DNA of 64,000 nt from assembly GCA_964188305.1 (NCBI GenBank), contig OZ076900.1; one strand, 5' to 3'. Every line of letters starts with the position of its first letter. Positions within the stretch are counted from its first letter, which is position 1. The notes beneath the pieces are model-generated. The model was not told the origin of the DNA, made no database searches, and saw nothing but the letters and a program-made list of their open reading frames with translations. Source of the DNA: Podarcis bocagei (taxonomy: Eukaryota). The position numbers and the translations under genes are program-made. Below are positions 36,593 through 51,065 of the stretch, piece after piece.

Positions 36593-39101
36593 TCTTTTTC
36601 ACCCACTGGAATTCCTTGAACAGCTATCTCCCCACAATGTTGTGTATCACCTTTTGAAACACATGTCAACAATCATTTAGGAATAATTCTAGATGTATCT
36701 CAGCTTGGTCACTGATATCATACCCTCCTTGTAATTTGCTCTGTTTCTCTTTTCTGCCCACCCAGGGTGGCCCTGTCCTCTGCCTGCCCCTCAGAGATGG
36801 CGTGTCATGCAGAGCTGGGCCTCGGTGGCAGCATGCTCTCCTCCTCACTCACTATCCAGCAGCCCCTACTAGCTGGCAGCAGTGGCCATGGAGAGGCAAT
36901 GGAATGCTCCCTTTGCCACTGCTCAGGATAAGTGGAGGCTCATCCTCATCTCTGAGCTTATGCCGATAAGCCCAAATATAGGATTAATATTTGGGGGGGG
37001 GGTGATCACTGGGTTTCTGGAAAAAGAGGACATCCTGGAGAGTTACTGGAGAGCAAGCGTCGAAAAATGGGCAGGCAGTAATGCACATTCTTCTCTCCCA
37101 CACCTCCAGGCTCTTCATGCCCTGGCTCTCTCTGGCTGAATTCACATGGTCTTTGCTTCTGAAGTGGGACCATTGTTTTATGCATGGGAAATTCCACCCG
37201 GACTGAAATCCTAGAGAGTCGCTGATGGTCTGTGTAGACAATACTGAGCAATTGGTCCGACTCAATACAAAGCAGCTTCCTAGGTTCGTATTCACTAGCT
37301 GGGTTCAGAATTGCATGTTGGTTGAAGGTCTCTAAATTTTTGGACATTCCACTGTAACATATACACTTTTAACAAGGTGGAACACACATCTTTAAACAAA
37401 CTGAATATTTGGCTTTTGTATTACAAAATTATGGCTTCAGGCCTGTCTTTGTGATTTCAGATGTGATTCTACTCCCCCCTCCCTTGATTTGCTTTAGCAC
37501 TTATTTAAACCTCAAAAGAAAAAAAATCAAAGCACTTCTCTAAATCAAATGACAATGGAAAGAAATCTTGACTTCAATTAAGCTTTCAAAATATGCTATT
37601 ATGTTGCTACAAAAAAGTCTCTTAACTGTCTTCTCCCACAAAAATAAATAAATATATATATATTTTAAAAATGTGCCAGTTCCAAATGAGGGCACTTAAG
37701 AGGAGAAGTATATAACCAAACTAATGTCATTTAGCTTTATTTTCATGTGGGTAGGAAGCTATGACTGCTCATTACTGCTGATGAAAAAAAGAAAGAAAAA
37801 ATAGGAAGGAAGAACTCTGTCCTCCAGCTAAAACCTTGAAAATCCCATAAAAAGGTTCATGCATTCATGCATAATTAGTAGGGGTCATCAGATCAAACTT
37901 ATTAATGGAAAGTACATTTTAATTCTCATAAACTGGATGGAGGAGTTTCAATTCTCTTTTGCATATTAGGCTGCTTAATCACACTGTACAACCTTAGCAG
38001 GGAGGATTAACTGGCAGGAGAAGACATTGGCGCACAGAATACTCCTTGTCAGGAAAATTCACTTCTTCCCACAGACTCTGTGTCCCCTTTTTTCAGATAA
38101 TATAACTGTTCCAGGGGTTGAATAATTTGAGATCCTCATACAAGCAAACCTGTTACCTTTCCACACACCAAACCTCAGTGATCTAACCCACTCAGCTTAC
38201 ACAGAACGAATACACCAGATAAGGAACATAGGGAACAACTTTAGGGGAAAACATTAAGGTGAAAAAGAAGCTCTGCTAATATTATTGCTAATGGTGAGAT
38301 CCACCTGTGAGAAACTGAAGAACGTCCTCTCAATTTCTATTTCCCCAAATAGAGATAATTTTGCACATAGCTCTAGATCCTGCCAGATGACATCATTATG
38401 GAAAGTGCTCCCATTCAACTAGATTCATAGTTTACTGGCATCTCAACTGTAAATCCAAGATCTCTGCTAATGGATATTCTTACCCAAGCAAATGTGACAT
38501 TCTCAGTTCCTTGCATGAGAATGTTTCCATTAATGTCTCAGCATCTTATCAGTCTAGAAAGTATTTCACCAGTTCCAACCCACACCTCTGAGGCCAACTT
38601 TTGAGCCCAGACATTCCCGAAATTTCTCATCCCCACACCCCAAAACTCCCTCACACTGCGACATAGAAATGGTTGCACAAAAGCTATCCATTGGAAGTAG
38701 GGGCCAGGGCTAGCACTAGAAAAATAGAAATACACTGTTGTAGAAGTGGCTCCTCAGTCAACAAAGTCCCATGATTCCTGGATGGTTGCAATGCAAATTT
38801 GCAACTGTACAAAGAAAACTCTCTTGTTCAGGAGAGAGGAAACATAGGAAAATATGGTTGTACAAAATATCCTGTGACCTGTTTTTTCCCCATTTTCATA
38901 ACATCAATCAGCCTCTATGGACCTGAAATTAAATCCTATATTGGCATCACTTTTGGTGAAAATGGAAGGAAATAATACTATCAGAGGCAGAATGCTTCAG
39001 TGTGATTACTGATGGGTAAGAATCTGTGTGCATATTACACATTGGCTGCCATTTTGCTATTGCAAAGTTCAAGGTTTTACTATTAGTAAATAAAGCCATT
39101 A

Positions 39102-39343
39102 CAGTGGTACCTCGGGTTACATACACTTCAAGTTACATACGCTTCAGGTTACAGACTCCGCTAACCCAGAAATAGTACCTCGGGTAAATAACTTTGCTTC
39201 AGGATGAGGACAGAAATCGTGCTCCAGCGGCACGGCAGCAGTGGGAGGCCCCATTAGCTAAAGTGGTGCTTCAGGTTAAGAACAGTTTCAGGTTCAGAAC
39301 AGACCTCTGGAACGAATTAAGTACAGAACCAGAGGTACCACTG
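39102..39343. mobile_element. Tigger-like MITE
   Basis: TA|CAGTGGTACCTCGGGTT...AACCAGAGGTACCACTG|TA, with internal gcttcaggtta repeats. Confidence 0.88.
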
Positions 39344-40582
39344 TAATGCCTTAGGACCAGTTTGCTTATGGTATCACCTTGTCTCATTTACAAGCACCAC
39401 ATAAAATTTGTTCTGCATTTGCAGAAAGTCATTATTTTAGTCTGGCGGCACTTCCTTGCCTATTGACATTAGGCAGCCACACCCAATATACTGTTTTAGA
39501 TGTCTACTGAATACTAAAATATTTCATGAAGCCTACCCAAATATAATTTAGTTATATATACTTGTTTCAAAAGCTGTGCAGATTTTATCTGGGGGTGTTT
39601 TTTTAATGCATGTATGTATATATTCTTTTGTGGGTTTTAGCTGTGATTTACTCCGGTTGAATTATGAAAACTTTTTAGCTCTTTGACTAAGTGGTTTGAA
39701 AATATATATAAATCAATAAACAACAACAAAGAGGCAACATGATCAGACAGCAGTGAGACCTAGACATAATGTACTTTGCTCTGCATAAAGCACTAAGTAA
39801 GCTAGCAGCTGTCCCTCTCCATCCCTCCAAAATTCTATAAAAAGCCTTTGATAGGGTTGAGTGGAAATGCAAAATTGCTTAGGCATTTAATTGTGGTGAT
39901 TTTCCTTTAAGAAATCAATAGTATCAATGAGTAAACTGCCTTCCTCTTTTTCTGTAACTTGTAGAATAAGAGATGGTCGGCAATTGTTCTGCTTTTCTTG
40001 AAAGTTCTATGGAACCATTTGTGATGGAAGACAAAGCAAAACAAAAATGTATATGTAATGATATAATATTACATTTGACGAATGTATAAAATTCAGCATC
40101 CCGAAAGGCAATCTACTACAGTGTATTATTATATTTTTTGGTAAATAAAATGTCTGAAATTGTGGCAATAAACTAAACTAGAAGCTATTCTGCAATATAA
40201 TATGCTCCGTCAATTCTAATGCACTGTCATTGTCTCAGACCCTGAGTCCTTGGAATCCTTCAGCAGGCAGAGCCAGTTTCTGACCCATACTAAGTAGACC
40301 CACAAACATCAAATTCTACATTCAACTGCCCAAGTTCAAATCTGAGTAATATACTGTCTCCTTTGAGAATCAAGGAGGCTGTGCAGAGCTTCCACTGACA
40401 AAGTCCCTGGAACCCAAAATATTGCTTCCCACAAGGAGGCAATGAGTGAACCAAAGAACCCATATTTTAACTGGTATGTTGTAGCACCCAGAAAACAGTG
40501 TACTGATTCTCCATGGTTGACTACACAGCTATGGCCTAAGGTCCTATGACAAGTTACAACAATTAAAATGTAATATTAAAAA

Positions 40583-41064
40583 CAGTTCAAGAAGGACACT
40601 GACAAACTGGAACGTGTCCAGAGGAGGGCAACCAAAATGGTCAAAGGCCTGGAAACGATGTCTTATGAGGAACGGCTAAGGGAGCTGGGCATGTTTAGCC
40701 TGGAGAAGAGGAGGTTAAGGGGTGATATGATAGCCATGTTCAAATATATAAAAGGATGTCACATAGAGGAGGGAGAAAGGTTGTTTTCTGCTGCTCCAGA
40801 GAAGCGGACACGGAGCAATGGATCCAAACTACAAGAAAGAAGATTCCACCTAAACATTAGGAAGAACTTCCTGACAGTAAGAGCTGTTCGACAGTGGAAT
40901 TTGCTGCCAAGGAGTGTGGTGGAGTCTCCTTCTTTGGAGGTCTTTAAGCAGAGGCTTGACAACCATATGTCAGGAGTGCTCTGATGGTGTTTCCTGCTTG
41001 GCAGGGGGTTGGACTCGATGGCCCTTGTGGTCTCTTCCAACTCTATGATTCTATGATTCTATGA
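40583..41064 (+). mobile_element. Young 5'-truncated CR1 LINE (ORF2 C-terminus and 3'UTR)
   Basis: Uninterrupted [51 protein letters not shown], followed by an (ATTCTATG)n tail. Confidence 0.93.
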
Positions 41065-41261
41065 AGTCCTTCCTGCTCTCAGCTAAAGGATTGCTGTCCA
41101 TGGTCCTTAGTCAAACATTTTGAGCCTGCTTCTTTGTCTGACATCACTCCAGCAAGAAGCTTGCTCAGTCCTAGTCATCTTGTTTGGGCTGTTCTCTTGG
41201 TGATAGAGATTGCTAATGATCAGAACATGAACTAGGCTACCTTTTAAGATACTTTGGAATA

Positions 41262-41597
41262 CAGTGGTGCCTCGCAAGACGAAAAGAATCCGTTCCGTGA
41301 TTCTCTTCGTCTAGCGGTTTTTCCGTCTTGCGAAGCAAGCCCATTGACGGATTAGCGCTATTAGCGGCTTTTAGCGGCTTTTAGCAGCTTATCTGCTGAT
41401 CGGATCAGCTGATAAGTGGCTTAGCGGCTTAGAAAAAGGGGGGAGGAAAAAACCCCCCGCAGGAACTCGCAAGACATTGTCGTCTTGCGAAGCAAGCCCA
41501 TGGGAGATTCGTTTTGCGAAGCAGCTCAAAAACGGAAAACTCTTTCATCTAGCGGGTTTTCCGTCTTGCGAGGCATTCGTCTTGCGGGGCACCACTG
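41262..41597. mobile_element. Young Tigger-like MITE
   Basis: 22-bp TIR CAGTGGTGCCTCGCAAGACGAA (21/22), TA TSD, many intact CpGs, internal cgtcttgcga and ttagcggctt repeats. Confidence 0.9.
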
Positions 41598-44012
41598 TAT
41601 ATGTTGATAATAATTATAATATCCTGTTCAAGGACAACTACCCTTCATCACTGGTATAGTACTGAGGTCTTGCTTTTAGGCTTCACACAGGCATCCAGTT
41701 GGCCACTTTGAGAAGAGGATGCTGGACTAGATGGGCCATTGACCTGATCCATCATGATTTTATTGCTTATGTTCTACCCAGAGGTGACTCAAGAAGTGGC
41801 AATGAATAGCAGGTGCTCCCTGAAAGCATTTCCCCTAGGATTTATATTTAGTCATTGTATATATGTATTCATGCATATCATACAATCCTATTCTCTTTAT
41901 AACTGTATTTATCACATAATTCTGCCCCCTGTGGCTACTGGCTATTCTCAGAGGTCATATGCCTCTGAACGCTAGATGCTGGGCATCACATGTGGGCATA
42001 ACCCTCCAGCATTCCTCTGATGCAAATGGGGACATCCTTGATGCAAGTGGGGCATTCCAGGATCAAAGCAGAAACCATGACGGCTTTTCTAAATCAGGGA
42101 CTTCTCTGGAAAATAGGGACACCTAGTGGGTCTGTGTGGGGTTCTGCTTGTGGGTTTCTCATAGGTCTCTGCTTGGCCACTGTGGGAAAAGAATGCTGGG
42201 GAATATGAGTGTTTAGACTGACCCAGCAGGGCTCTTCTTATATTCATATGTTTAAACTAATGTTTGCTTTTCTGGCGTTAGCCCTTCCAACATGGTGTCA
42301 TCTTTTATGCGCAAAATAAATGTCATAAAGATGAATATTTTTGCTGAAAATAAACTCATTCCAAAAATACCACTGACCTTATCAGGGGAGGGAAAGTAAT
42401 CTGTATGGAAGGAGATTGTCTTTTGATTTATCTGGGATTTAAAATAAAACACCATGAATAAGTAATAAAATTGCATATGATAGAAAGGGCCATGATAGCT
42501 ATTCTTTCCCATTTGAAGTAGTAGCAAATTACCAGTATTATCTTTTTTTAAAAGCTTAAGGGATATAGATATTGGCAATTCCATATAAAATGTCTTATAG
42601 GAAGAGCCATGGAATAAACATAGAAAAAAAGCTTCCAGCAGACATGTTGCCACTACCACAATGTGGATTTAGCCTACATTTCTACACTTAGAATGGAATC
42701 CTATACCCACTTACTTGGAAGCAAGCCCCACTGAACACAATGAACTTTGATTCTTAACAGGATTAAAGTGTTAGGAATCAAGTCAATACGTTAGTCAATG
42801 TATCTCAGTGCAGCCTACACTGACCAGCAGCAGCTTTCCAGGGTTCCAGAGAGGGATCTTTCCCAGTGCTTACTGAAGATACCAGGGATTGAAACTGGGA
42901 AACTGTATGCAAAAGAGAAGATTTACCACAAATGGAGAAAGCTTTCCCCAGCTTACTGATTCAGCAATAAGCCCTGTTAAAAATGTAGGAATTATTTCTC
43001 AATAAATAAACATTCATGGGATTGCTTCATTAGACCAGTGCCTCTGTTATTTTGGAAAATACACAACTGAGATTATTGTCAGAATTCCACCCCCACTGCA
43101 GAATCCTAATTTCCTTTATACATCTAATTAGACTTTGCTTTTACCAAAAGGGGAAAAGAACTGACTATAGAGGTAGATAAAATGATGCTTTCTCAAAATA
43201 TTGTACTCTTATTTAGATAGGCGATATACTATAATTTGTTTTAAAGATGACTAGTTATTAAATGGTATTTTGGAACCAAATAAATGCTTTAAAGACATTT
43301 CAAGCTAGCAATACAATAAGCTGGTTTTCTGCTGAAAATAAAGGTGATCTTGTCTTAAGGTGCATTGGAATCATGGGCTTTTTGGGAAATGATAATGGAA
43401 ACTATTAATGAAATGTTAAATATCTACTTGTTGATCATTTTTGTGTCTACTGAATTATGTAAAAAGTGACACTTTTACGTGGTCACACGAACCCTTGATT
43501 TATGCTCTAGCAGCACAGTTAATTTTCGCAATACATTGTAAGAAAGTAAAAAAATAAACCGTTCAAAACTGAATCACTTAGAAAATGGTGAGACTCATTT
43601 ATTTCATGGCCTTACTGAGCTTATCATATGGAATACATAGGCTTCACTTGCACAATATGTAGCTGTAGATCTGGATGTTGTTAGCAACTTTTGTTGATAT
43701 ATTTGATTATTTTTGTGTTATTCCTCTTTTTCTAACATTAAGATGCATAAAAGGGTCATAATTTTTAAAGACTTTTTAAAAAAAAAAAAGAGGAAAGAGA
43801 AATCAGGATGTTTGAGAGCCTTCGGATCCCCCGGATGAATGAAATGTGAAAGGTAGTAATTAGACTGGTAATTATTCAGACTTCAGTCTCTTATGTTTTC
43901 TATTTCCTCCATTTCTGGGCAGCTGGAGCAATGACTCATTAATAATAATAAAGTCATTTAACCCTGCAGCCACATTAGGAGAAGAATGGTGCCATTTGTC
44001 ATCCAACATGAA

Positions 44013-44154
44013 NNNNNNNNNNNNNNNNNNNNNNNNNNNNNNNNNNNNNNNNNNNNNNNNNNNNNNNNNNNNNNNNNNNNNNNNNNNNNNNNNNNNNNNN
44101 NNNNNNNNNNNNNNNNNNNNNNNNNNNNNNNNNNNNNNNNNNNNNNNNNNNNNN
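44013..44154. other. Assembly gap (142 N)
   Basis: Run of N. Confidence 0.99.
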
Positions 44155-44860
44155 GAAGGATAAAAAGGACACTTGGCACTTATTGTTAACATGACATCCC
44201 AATCTGCTTCTTAATTATCAATAAACATAAGGGGACAGCAAATGGCATACAGGGCACTGCTAATGGGGTATTATCCGGAGGTGACATTTCTGTAATTGAT
44301 TTACAGCCACCCTATATGAACACAATAGTTTGTATTTTCTGCTGGTGAAACTATCACATGCATACTATGCAAATCCTTGATAAGCGACAAATCACACGTT
44401 CCAACTGAACAGGATTTTTTTTTCCATGGGTGACCGAACCCTGCTCACTGAAATTCATGCAGCTTTTGTTTTGTGGATTTCTTTTTTTAAAAAATGAAAG
44501 ATTCACATTTAAATTGTACACATTTTGTATGCTGTTTGAATGTATTCTTCCCCTAAACACTATTCTTCTCCCAGACCTTTGGCTAATTATACTATCTATG
44601 GCCTTTTAATAGTGGTGTTATTGTTTATGTTTGCCACCATGTCATTTATTCTTGTGTTTTTATGTTGCAAAGCACCCCGTGATCCTTGGACGAAGGGTGG
44701 AATAGAAATCATTATGACCATCATCATCTACACATTTTCTACAGCTTTTTGCCAACAGACATTTGTGTGCATTAAAAAAAAAATTAAATGCATTGCAAAA
44801 TTCAGAAAAGTGCATAATTTGAATGACACCTGCATTCCAAGCCACATATAAGTCTAGGAC

Positions 44861-45351
44861 TGTCAGGATGCTGCCAGCGGCTCCCAGTACAAAGTATAAA
44901 GCCATAAAGTATAAAGCCAATGAAAAGTTTCTTACAGTCTTTTTTTATTTACAATTTGTACAGAGAGGGGCTATAGAACGCAGCCTCTCAGATAACAGCA
45001 TTGTCCCAAGTCAATCTCCACTCCCCGTCTCTCCCCCTTCCTCATTCGTCATCATCATCACCACCTCTATAGGTGCTGCTATGTGCCCTCTGTCTTCAAG
45101 CTCTTTGCTCTTCTACTTTTAAGGCTTGCCAGGTTCTTGGAGATGGTGGGTCTGGAATGTTTTCTAATGACAACGTGTCAACCAGCTGCTGCTCCTGTCC
45201 TCCCATTATTTCCCAACTTCTCCCTTCATCTGCCTCTGAGATGTGACCTCCCTGTTGTAAATCTATCCTGTCTTTCTCTTCCTGTTCCCTGAAAGGGTCA
45301 GGATAGGGAAGCAGTCTCCACCATTCTTCCTCCTCTGCCCAGTCCCTGACA
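44861..45351 (-). mobile_element. Solo LTR (491 bp)
   Basis: Termini TGTCAGG...CCTGACA (7-bp inverted repeat, TG..CA). Perfect 5-bp TSD AGGAC (44856-44860, 45352-45356). AATAAA on the minus strand near 44945. Confidence 0.85.
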
Positions 45352-45459
45352 AGGACTGACAAATTAATTCAGTTCACTTTAAAATGTGGACTAAACAAAT
45401 GTCTCTTTCATTTCTAACCATAACTGTTTATTCTTGTCTATGGGCCTTGGCGAAGGACA

Positions 45460-45815
45460 GGGGAGAATTTTGATTTGGTTTGCATTTTAATGTGAACCTA
45501 CCTAAATCACATTTGCTGGGGGGAAAATCCAATCTGAAACACAGATTGAATATTTGAATCACAATGAAACACACTTCTCTGAATTTGGTGATGCAGTTCT
45601 CCACCTAAATGTGTATATTAGGGGAATGTGTGAATAAAATGCATATATTAGTGAAAATACATACAACAATGTATTATATCAGGGACATTGCTTGCCCCAA
45701 AATGTGCATATTATGCAAAATCTCATACAACACTGATATGGAAATGTGGAGGTCTGAATTTAAGATTAGAAAAATTAGAAACTGAAACTGAAATTGACAG
45801 ATTCATCCATCCATA
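45460..45815. mobile_element. Old AT-rich non-autonomous DNA element family (TAGGGATG-type termini)
   Basis: Shares blocks (ttctctgaattt..gtgatgcagtt, aaatgtggag..ctgaa, attcatccatcc) with ~1275-1537, ~4480-4595, ~18480-18780 and ~62500-62667. Confidence 0.55.
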
Positions 45816-48800
45816 GCCTTGACACAATTAAATCAGCAATAGCTAAGGAACATAAAAAAGGCGTATCTCTCTCCGGCTGTGTGGTAGAAAGGGGGTTTAA
45901 ATGAGTCTTTTACTTATATCCTTGTCTGTCTGTTTGGTTGTAAGTCACCCTTGGCAAGATAAAGTAGCTAACAAATTCAATAAATAATAATATTATTTGA
46001 GTATTTGAACTGTATAAAAGGGGAAGATTCTGTAAAAGTCTTTGCTGCTGTTTAAATTGAAGGGAAAGGAGTTAACAAACCTTTGTCCCAACTTGCATAT
46101 GATGGGTGGAGCCAAAGTTTCAGGCCTTTTTCCATACAAGTATTGCCTGTATTCTAGTTATCTCTTACTTCAACTACAAGAAGTCACTGGCTTTTCATCC
46201 TCTAATCACTGACATTCTCTTTCAGCTCCATTCAGCTGCGAATTTGTATGCCTTCTCATCACAGAAATTGTTATACTGAGACAAGAGAATGGTCTGCCAG
46301 CCTCATTGTACTATCTTTCAACAGCACTCAGTGATCCATCCAAGAGAAATCCAAAATGCAGACAGAATTGGTGATATCCTCTCCTCAAGTCTCTGTACAT
46401 TATGACTATCAATGGCTACTAGCCATGATGGTTATATTCCACCTCCACTAATGGAGGCAGAATTCCTCTGAATACCATAATGATACTGGGTCCTTGCCTA
46501 ATCTCAGCTGCTAATTAATTCCAGAGGGCAGGCGCGGCAACACTAAAACCCCTGTTTTTAGTCCAAATTAAGCATACTTCTGGGGCATGCGTCATCTGAG
46601 TAGTGCAGCTGCCAGGCAGGAATATATGTGGTGAGGTGGTCACTCACATTATTATATCTCTGGCTGTTGGTGTGCCTTTGGGTATATATTTTGTCTGTTT
46701 GCAGCTTCCAGATTCAAAGGGTATGAGTAGCACTTTTGCTGGGGAGCAACAGCAGGGAAAAGGATATCATTTTCATGTCCTATTTTTTTCTTCCTCAGTG
46801 GCATCTTGTTGGCCACTGTGAAAAATATGTTGCTGTACTATTTAGTTTGATTGTATAGGGCTCTTCTCATGTCTTTATGAATCTATACTGTGGCCATTTT
46901 AAGAAGAGATGGAAGCAAATATCATCTGAAATTAAATTTCATGGAATATTTCAAGAATCCTCCTTAGACAATAATAAATTAAAGGTCGGGAGCCTTTAGA
47001 ATTGGTAGGATCCATCACTATCCACAGATTCAGTTGCTAGGGACACCAGGCAACGACTCTGAACAGCAACACCTTCATGAAATCTTAGGGAGCTAAACCC
47101 CATTTCCTATAGAGGGTCTAGCATTGGGCCCTATGCCTCAATGCTACACTCTTAACCATTATACACTGGCCAAGATGATTGTGTCACCCAGTATTTCATA
47201 TGGATATCTTACAGGATACCTTACAAAGGCAAAATAAATGTAATAGTTAAAAAAAAAGTAATGTTAATTGTTCTCTGCGATAATGGTCTCTTGACTAAAT
47301 AACCGCACTTCTACAGTATCATGAGAGTCTATTCACTTATCTTGGTAAAATGAGAAATGTTACACTTATTCAGCATTTAACCTAATTAAGAACATCTATT
47401 ATCCCTAATACTCTTTAAAAGTAGTTAGGGCCTAACAGTCTGAACAGACTTATTGGATGTTATAATAGGCTTAGAGAATATAGTTAATGCAGGCTTTCCT
47501 GATAATTCACACTGACTTAATTTATGAATGGTACAATTTGAGATCATGGATTGTCCTGTTCTCTCCACCCTAGTCTCATCCTCTCTCTCTGCCCATGTCA
47601 TTTTTGAGAGAAGTGACTCACTTCTCACTTTAATGTTTTGGGAACAGTCATGTTGTCATCATCAATTTCTTTCTGCTTTTGAATGGTTTTACAGACCACT
47701 TAGGTTGGACCTAGACATCAAAATCATAGCGAGATGTCACACATTAATGGTCTGTAATTTTCCCTGCATAGCTTCCTTATCATGTTTCTCTGGCAGCAAG
47801 AGGAAAAGTTAGCAGCATGATGTTATCGTCTCACTGGTGAGTTTTCAGCAGGCATAACTGAAAGGATGGATATAACTAGATATGGGAGAACTGTTTTCAG
47901 TGACAGTCCCATGCCTTCCATAACAGATATGTTTGCTTGCATAGATACCACTGAATCAACTAGGATGCTTACCATGTGGTAGTACAGGAAAGTGATTGAG
48001 TAAGAAGGCAGGAGAGGCCAACAGGATGGGATGGTGATTTGCAGCTGGACTTCCAGCAGCAATGGCACTGCTGGTTACTGGGATAGTGCAAGGGCAAGGC
48101 AGGGTGGTGTCAAGGGCAGTGAGATTGCTCTGGTGGAGCCAATTCAGCACTTCCACCAGTGCATAGAGCCTGTTCTAACCTCACCATTCTTCTGATCTGC
48201 CGTGTTCCAATAAGTGGCAGTGATTCTACTGCCAGAAGACTAGTTCCACAGTGTGTTTGATTCCAGCAGCCAGGAGGAAAATGCCGCTTCCCAGAGACAA
48301 TCATTTGAACTATGGCACAAGCTGAATCCTCCTTCCATCGAGCACTGGTGGGCAGTAAGGAAATTTTACCATCAAGAAAGATGCATTAGTGGGTGGTAGG
48401 TATAAAAAGGTTGACTACCGCTGGTGTAGACAGTATTGAGCTAGATGGACCAACAGCTTGACTGAGTTTAGCATGGCTTTCTATGTTTTTATTTGATTAT
48501 TTATAGCCATCGCAGAGGAAAAACAGCTAATTTGAACTGAGAGCAATGTTTCCAGATGGGTCATAGGGGTGATCCCAGCAAATTGTATCACTAGTTATAC
48601 TCTCTGTGTGTGCATGAACCGTTTTGGTGAAAACAAAATGGCTGGGGGTGGGTGTTCACTGGAAGGCGCTAAACATTAGTATAATTTATTTTCAACAGCA
48701 CTCCAATTTTCTGCTGTTGCGACAAAAGTGTTTCAAGTATGGCAACGCTTGTCAGAGACAGCTAAAAACAAATTCAGTAAATATGAGTCAACGGACATAT

Positions 48801-50757
48801 CATAAATTAGATGGCATTAAGATTTCATTCAAACGCACCATACCAAACAATTTTTAAAGCATGTTTTTATATAAGGGGGTTTAGAGGTATTTTAATATAA
48901 TAGGGCCTCAACACAAACATATATATTATACATTTTCCTTTCAAAGACATATTTAAACTCCACCAGTATATGAAAGTTATACTCATAAAATCAAGAAAGT
49001 ATCTGTTATACATCCTCATTTTACCCTTCAGATCCAGAATATTTCCATTCCAATAACCTGCACTTATACTTTCCAAACTCAAGAGTGGCTAGTACCAACT
49101 GATGTTCACAGGGTGGATCACAATGAGCTCATACAGAAGATGGGGCCAGAACCAATGATAGCTGGAGCCAACTAATTCTAGCTTTGCCCTGATCCTCTTC
49201 CCTACTGAGTTATACAAGGGCAACACTGAGGCTAAGGAGAAGGAAGTTCACAGGCTTTGCCATTCCCTGGACTCATTATTATGTAGGAAGGCAAGCCAGT
49301 GGCTGAGGGCAGGCGGAGGTTGGTGGGGCAGATCCCCATTCACCATAATAAACCAGCCTCAACTGCCTACATACATTTTATTTATCTACAAGTACTAAGG
49401 GGGGATGTTTCCTAAGCAGTTTTCTTTCCCTCCCTCTTTTTATAACAACGTACACAATTCCCATTGCAAAAATATCCCTGTATGGACATACCACTAGCAA
49501 TGCTTGTGATTGTTGCAGTTTTGTACTCTTTTGATGCACTTTAAATAATAATAATAAATAAATCATAAAAAGAGGAGGGCTTTCAGTGCTGCTGAAAATG
49601 TTTGCAAGAAAGAAAACAGAAAGAAAAGAAACCTTCTTTTCAGCTAAGGCTTCTTTCAAATACTTCAGAAGTCAAAGTTATAATGGGTGAAACTGAATGC
49701 ACACAAAACATCAAGCCCTATCCTGGTATCTCTGCACCCTCCTTGCCTCAAAGGCTGAGAGCACCTCTACCAAAAAACCTGATTAATCACAATATGTGTG
49801 TTTTTCTGTAAATGTAACGTTTCACCCTATCCTATAAATAAAAATCAGTAATCTGAATTTCAGTTCTATTTGTATAAAATGTAAATGAAACAGGGGGATG
49901 CAATACCATTGCAATTTTTCTCTTTATAAATTGCTGCCATGTGTATTACATGAACTCAGTGTGAACTTCAATATTATGGGGGTTTAAACTGCTATTTAGT
50001 ACAAACAACTGCATCTAAATGTATAATCCAATTTTATCCCCAGAATAAATTTGTATAAAAGGGAGGGGGGAACAAAAAAAAACAAACTACAAACCTAAAT
50101 ATGCTTTAATACATTTATAACCAAACTGACAGTCTCAGTACATGAGTTGATGTTCATTATTAGGTACCAAATGGGTAAATAGATAAATAAAGCTAAATTT
50201 GGGGAGATTTGTTTCTGTTGAAGCATCAGTCTAGAATTTCTTAAGGAAAGAGGTCTAGTCAAACTGACAAAACAGAAATCTTATGAGCACTGCAATTTTC
50301 ACATCAATATGAGGTAAAATGTTTTGAATGACTGTCATTTTTACCCAGTTTGATAAAGAAAATTACCCCCAAATGGGTGATAATTTAAAACAGGGATAAT
50401 CCAGATTCCATTGTGTTTCAATCATACATAAGAGAGATATAGCAGACTGTGTGTATACCTGTAAGTAATATATATTTCTGTTTAGTAGTGACTTTAAAGG
50501 GGGGGATGGTTATTTGGTGTTTCTACAAGGCACTTTTGAAGACCTGTTGAATAATGTAAAAATGTCACTTGTAATGGTGGTTTTCTCCAAAAAGCCCTGG
50601 GCAGCCACATGCCACCATTTTAATTTCCAGCATTGCCCATACATAATGTCTCTTCACAACATTGTGGCAAATTGAAATGGTGACTCCATCAGAGGTTGGA
50701 TGGCTCTGCCAGGACCCCTTAGTGATATAGCTCCCCACCAGTGAGTAAACCATGCTA

Positions 50758-51065
50758 GGACCCATCTGCCCATATCAAAGAGCTATCACACAACTTTAAA
50801 CAGTCATAGTGTCCCACAAAGTATCCTGGGAACTGAAGTTTGTTAGGAGTGTCCCCTCACAGAGCCACACTTTTCAGAGTTACCTCAAGAGATGCATTTA
50901 TTGTTAAATGATTGTGAGAAGTGAAGCTCTGTGATGGGAATAGAGGTCTCCTAACAACTCTCAGCACCCTGTACAAACCACAGTCCCCATAATTCTTTGG
51001 AGGAAGTAATGACTGTTTAAAGTGGTATACTATACTGCTTTAAATATCTAGTGAAGTCAGGGCTC
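50758..51065. mobile_element. Palindromic MITE, same family as 24937-25268
   Basis: Shared cccctcacagagc / gctctgtgatgggaatag..ctcctaacaactctcagcaccct blocks and degenerate termini. Confidence 0.6.

Noticed and set aside
47823-48068. Possible alternative PCDH11X exon (minus-strand donor-like ATG/GTAAGC near 47972)
   Set aside because: No protocadherin-like peptide and no convincing acceptor; cannot be supported without RNA data.
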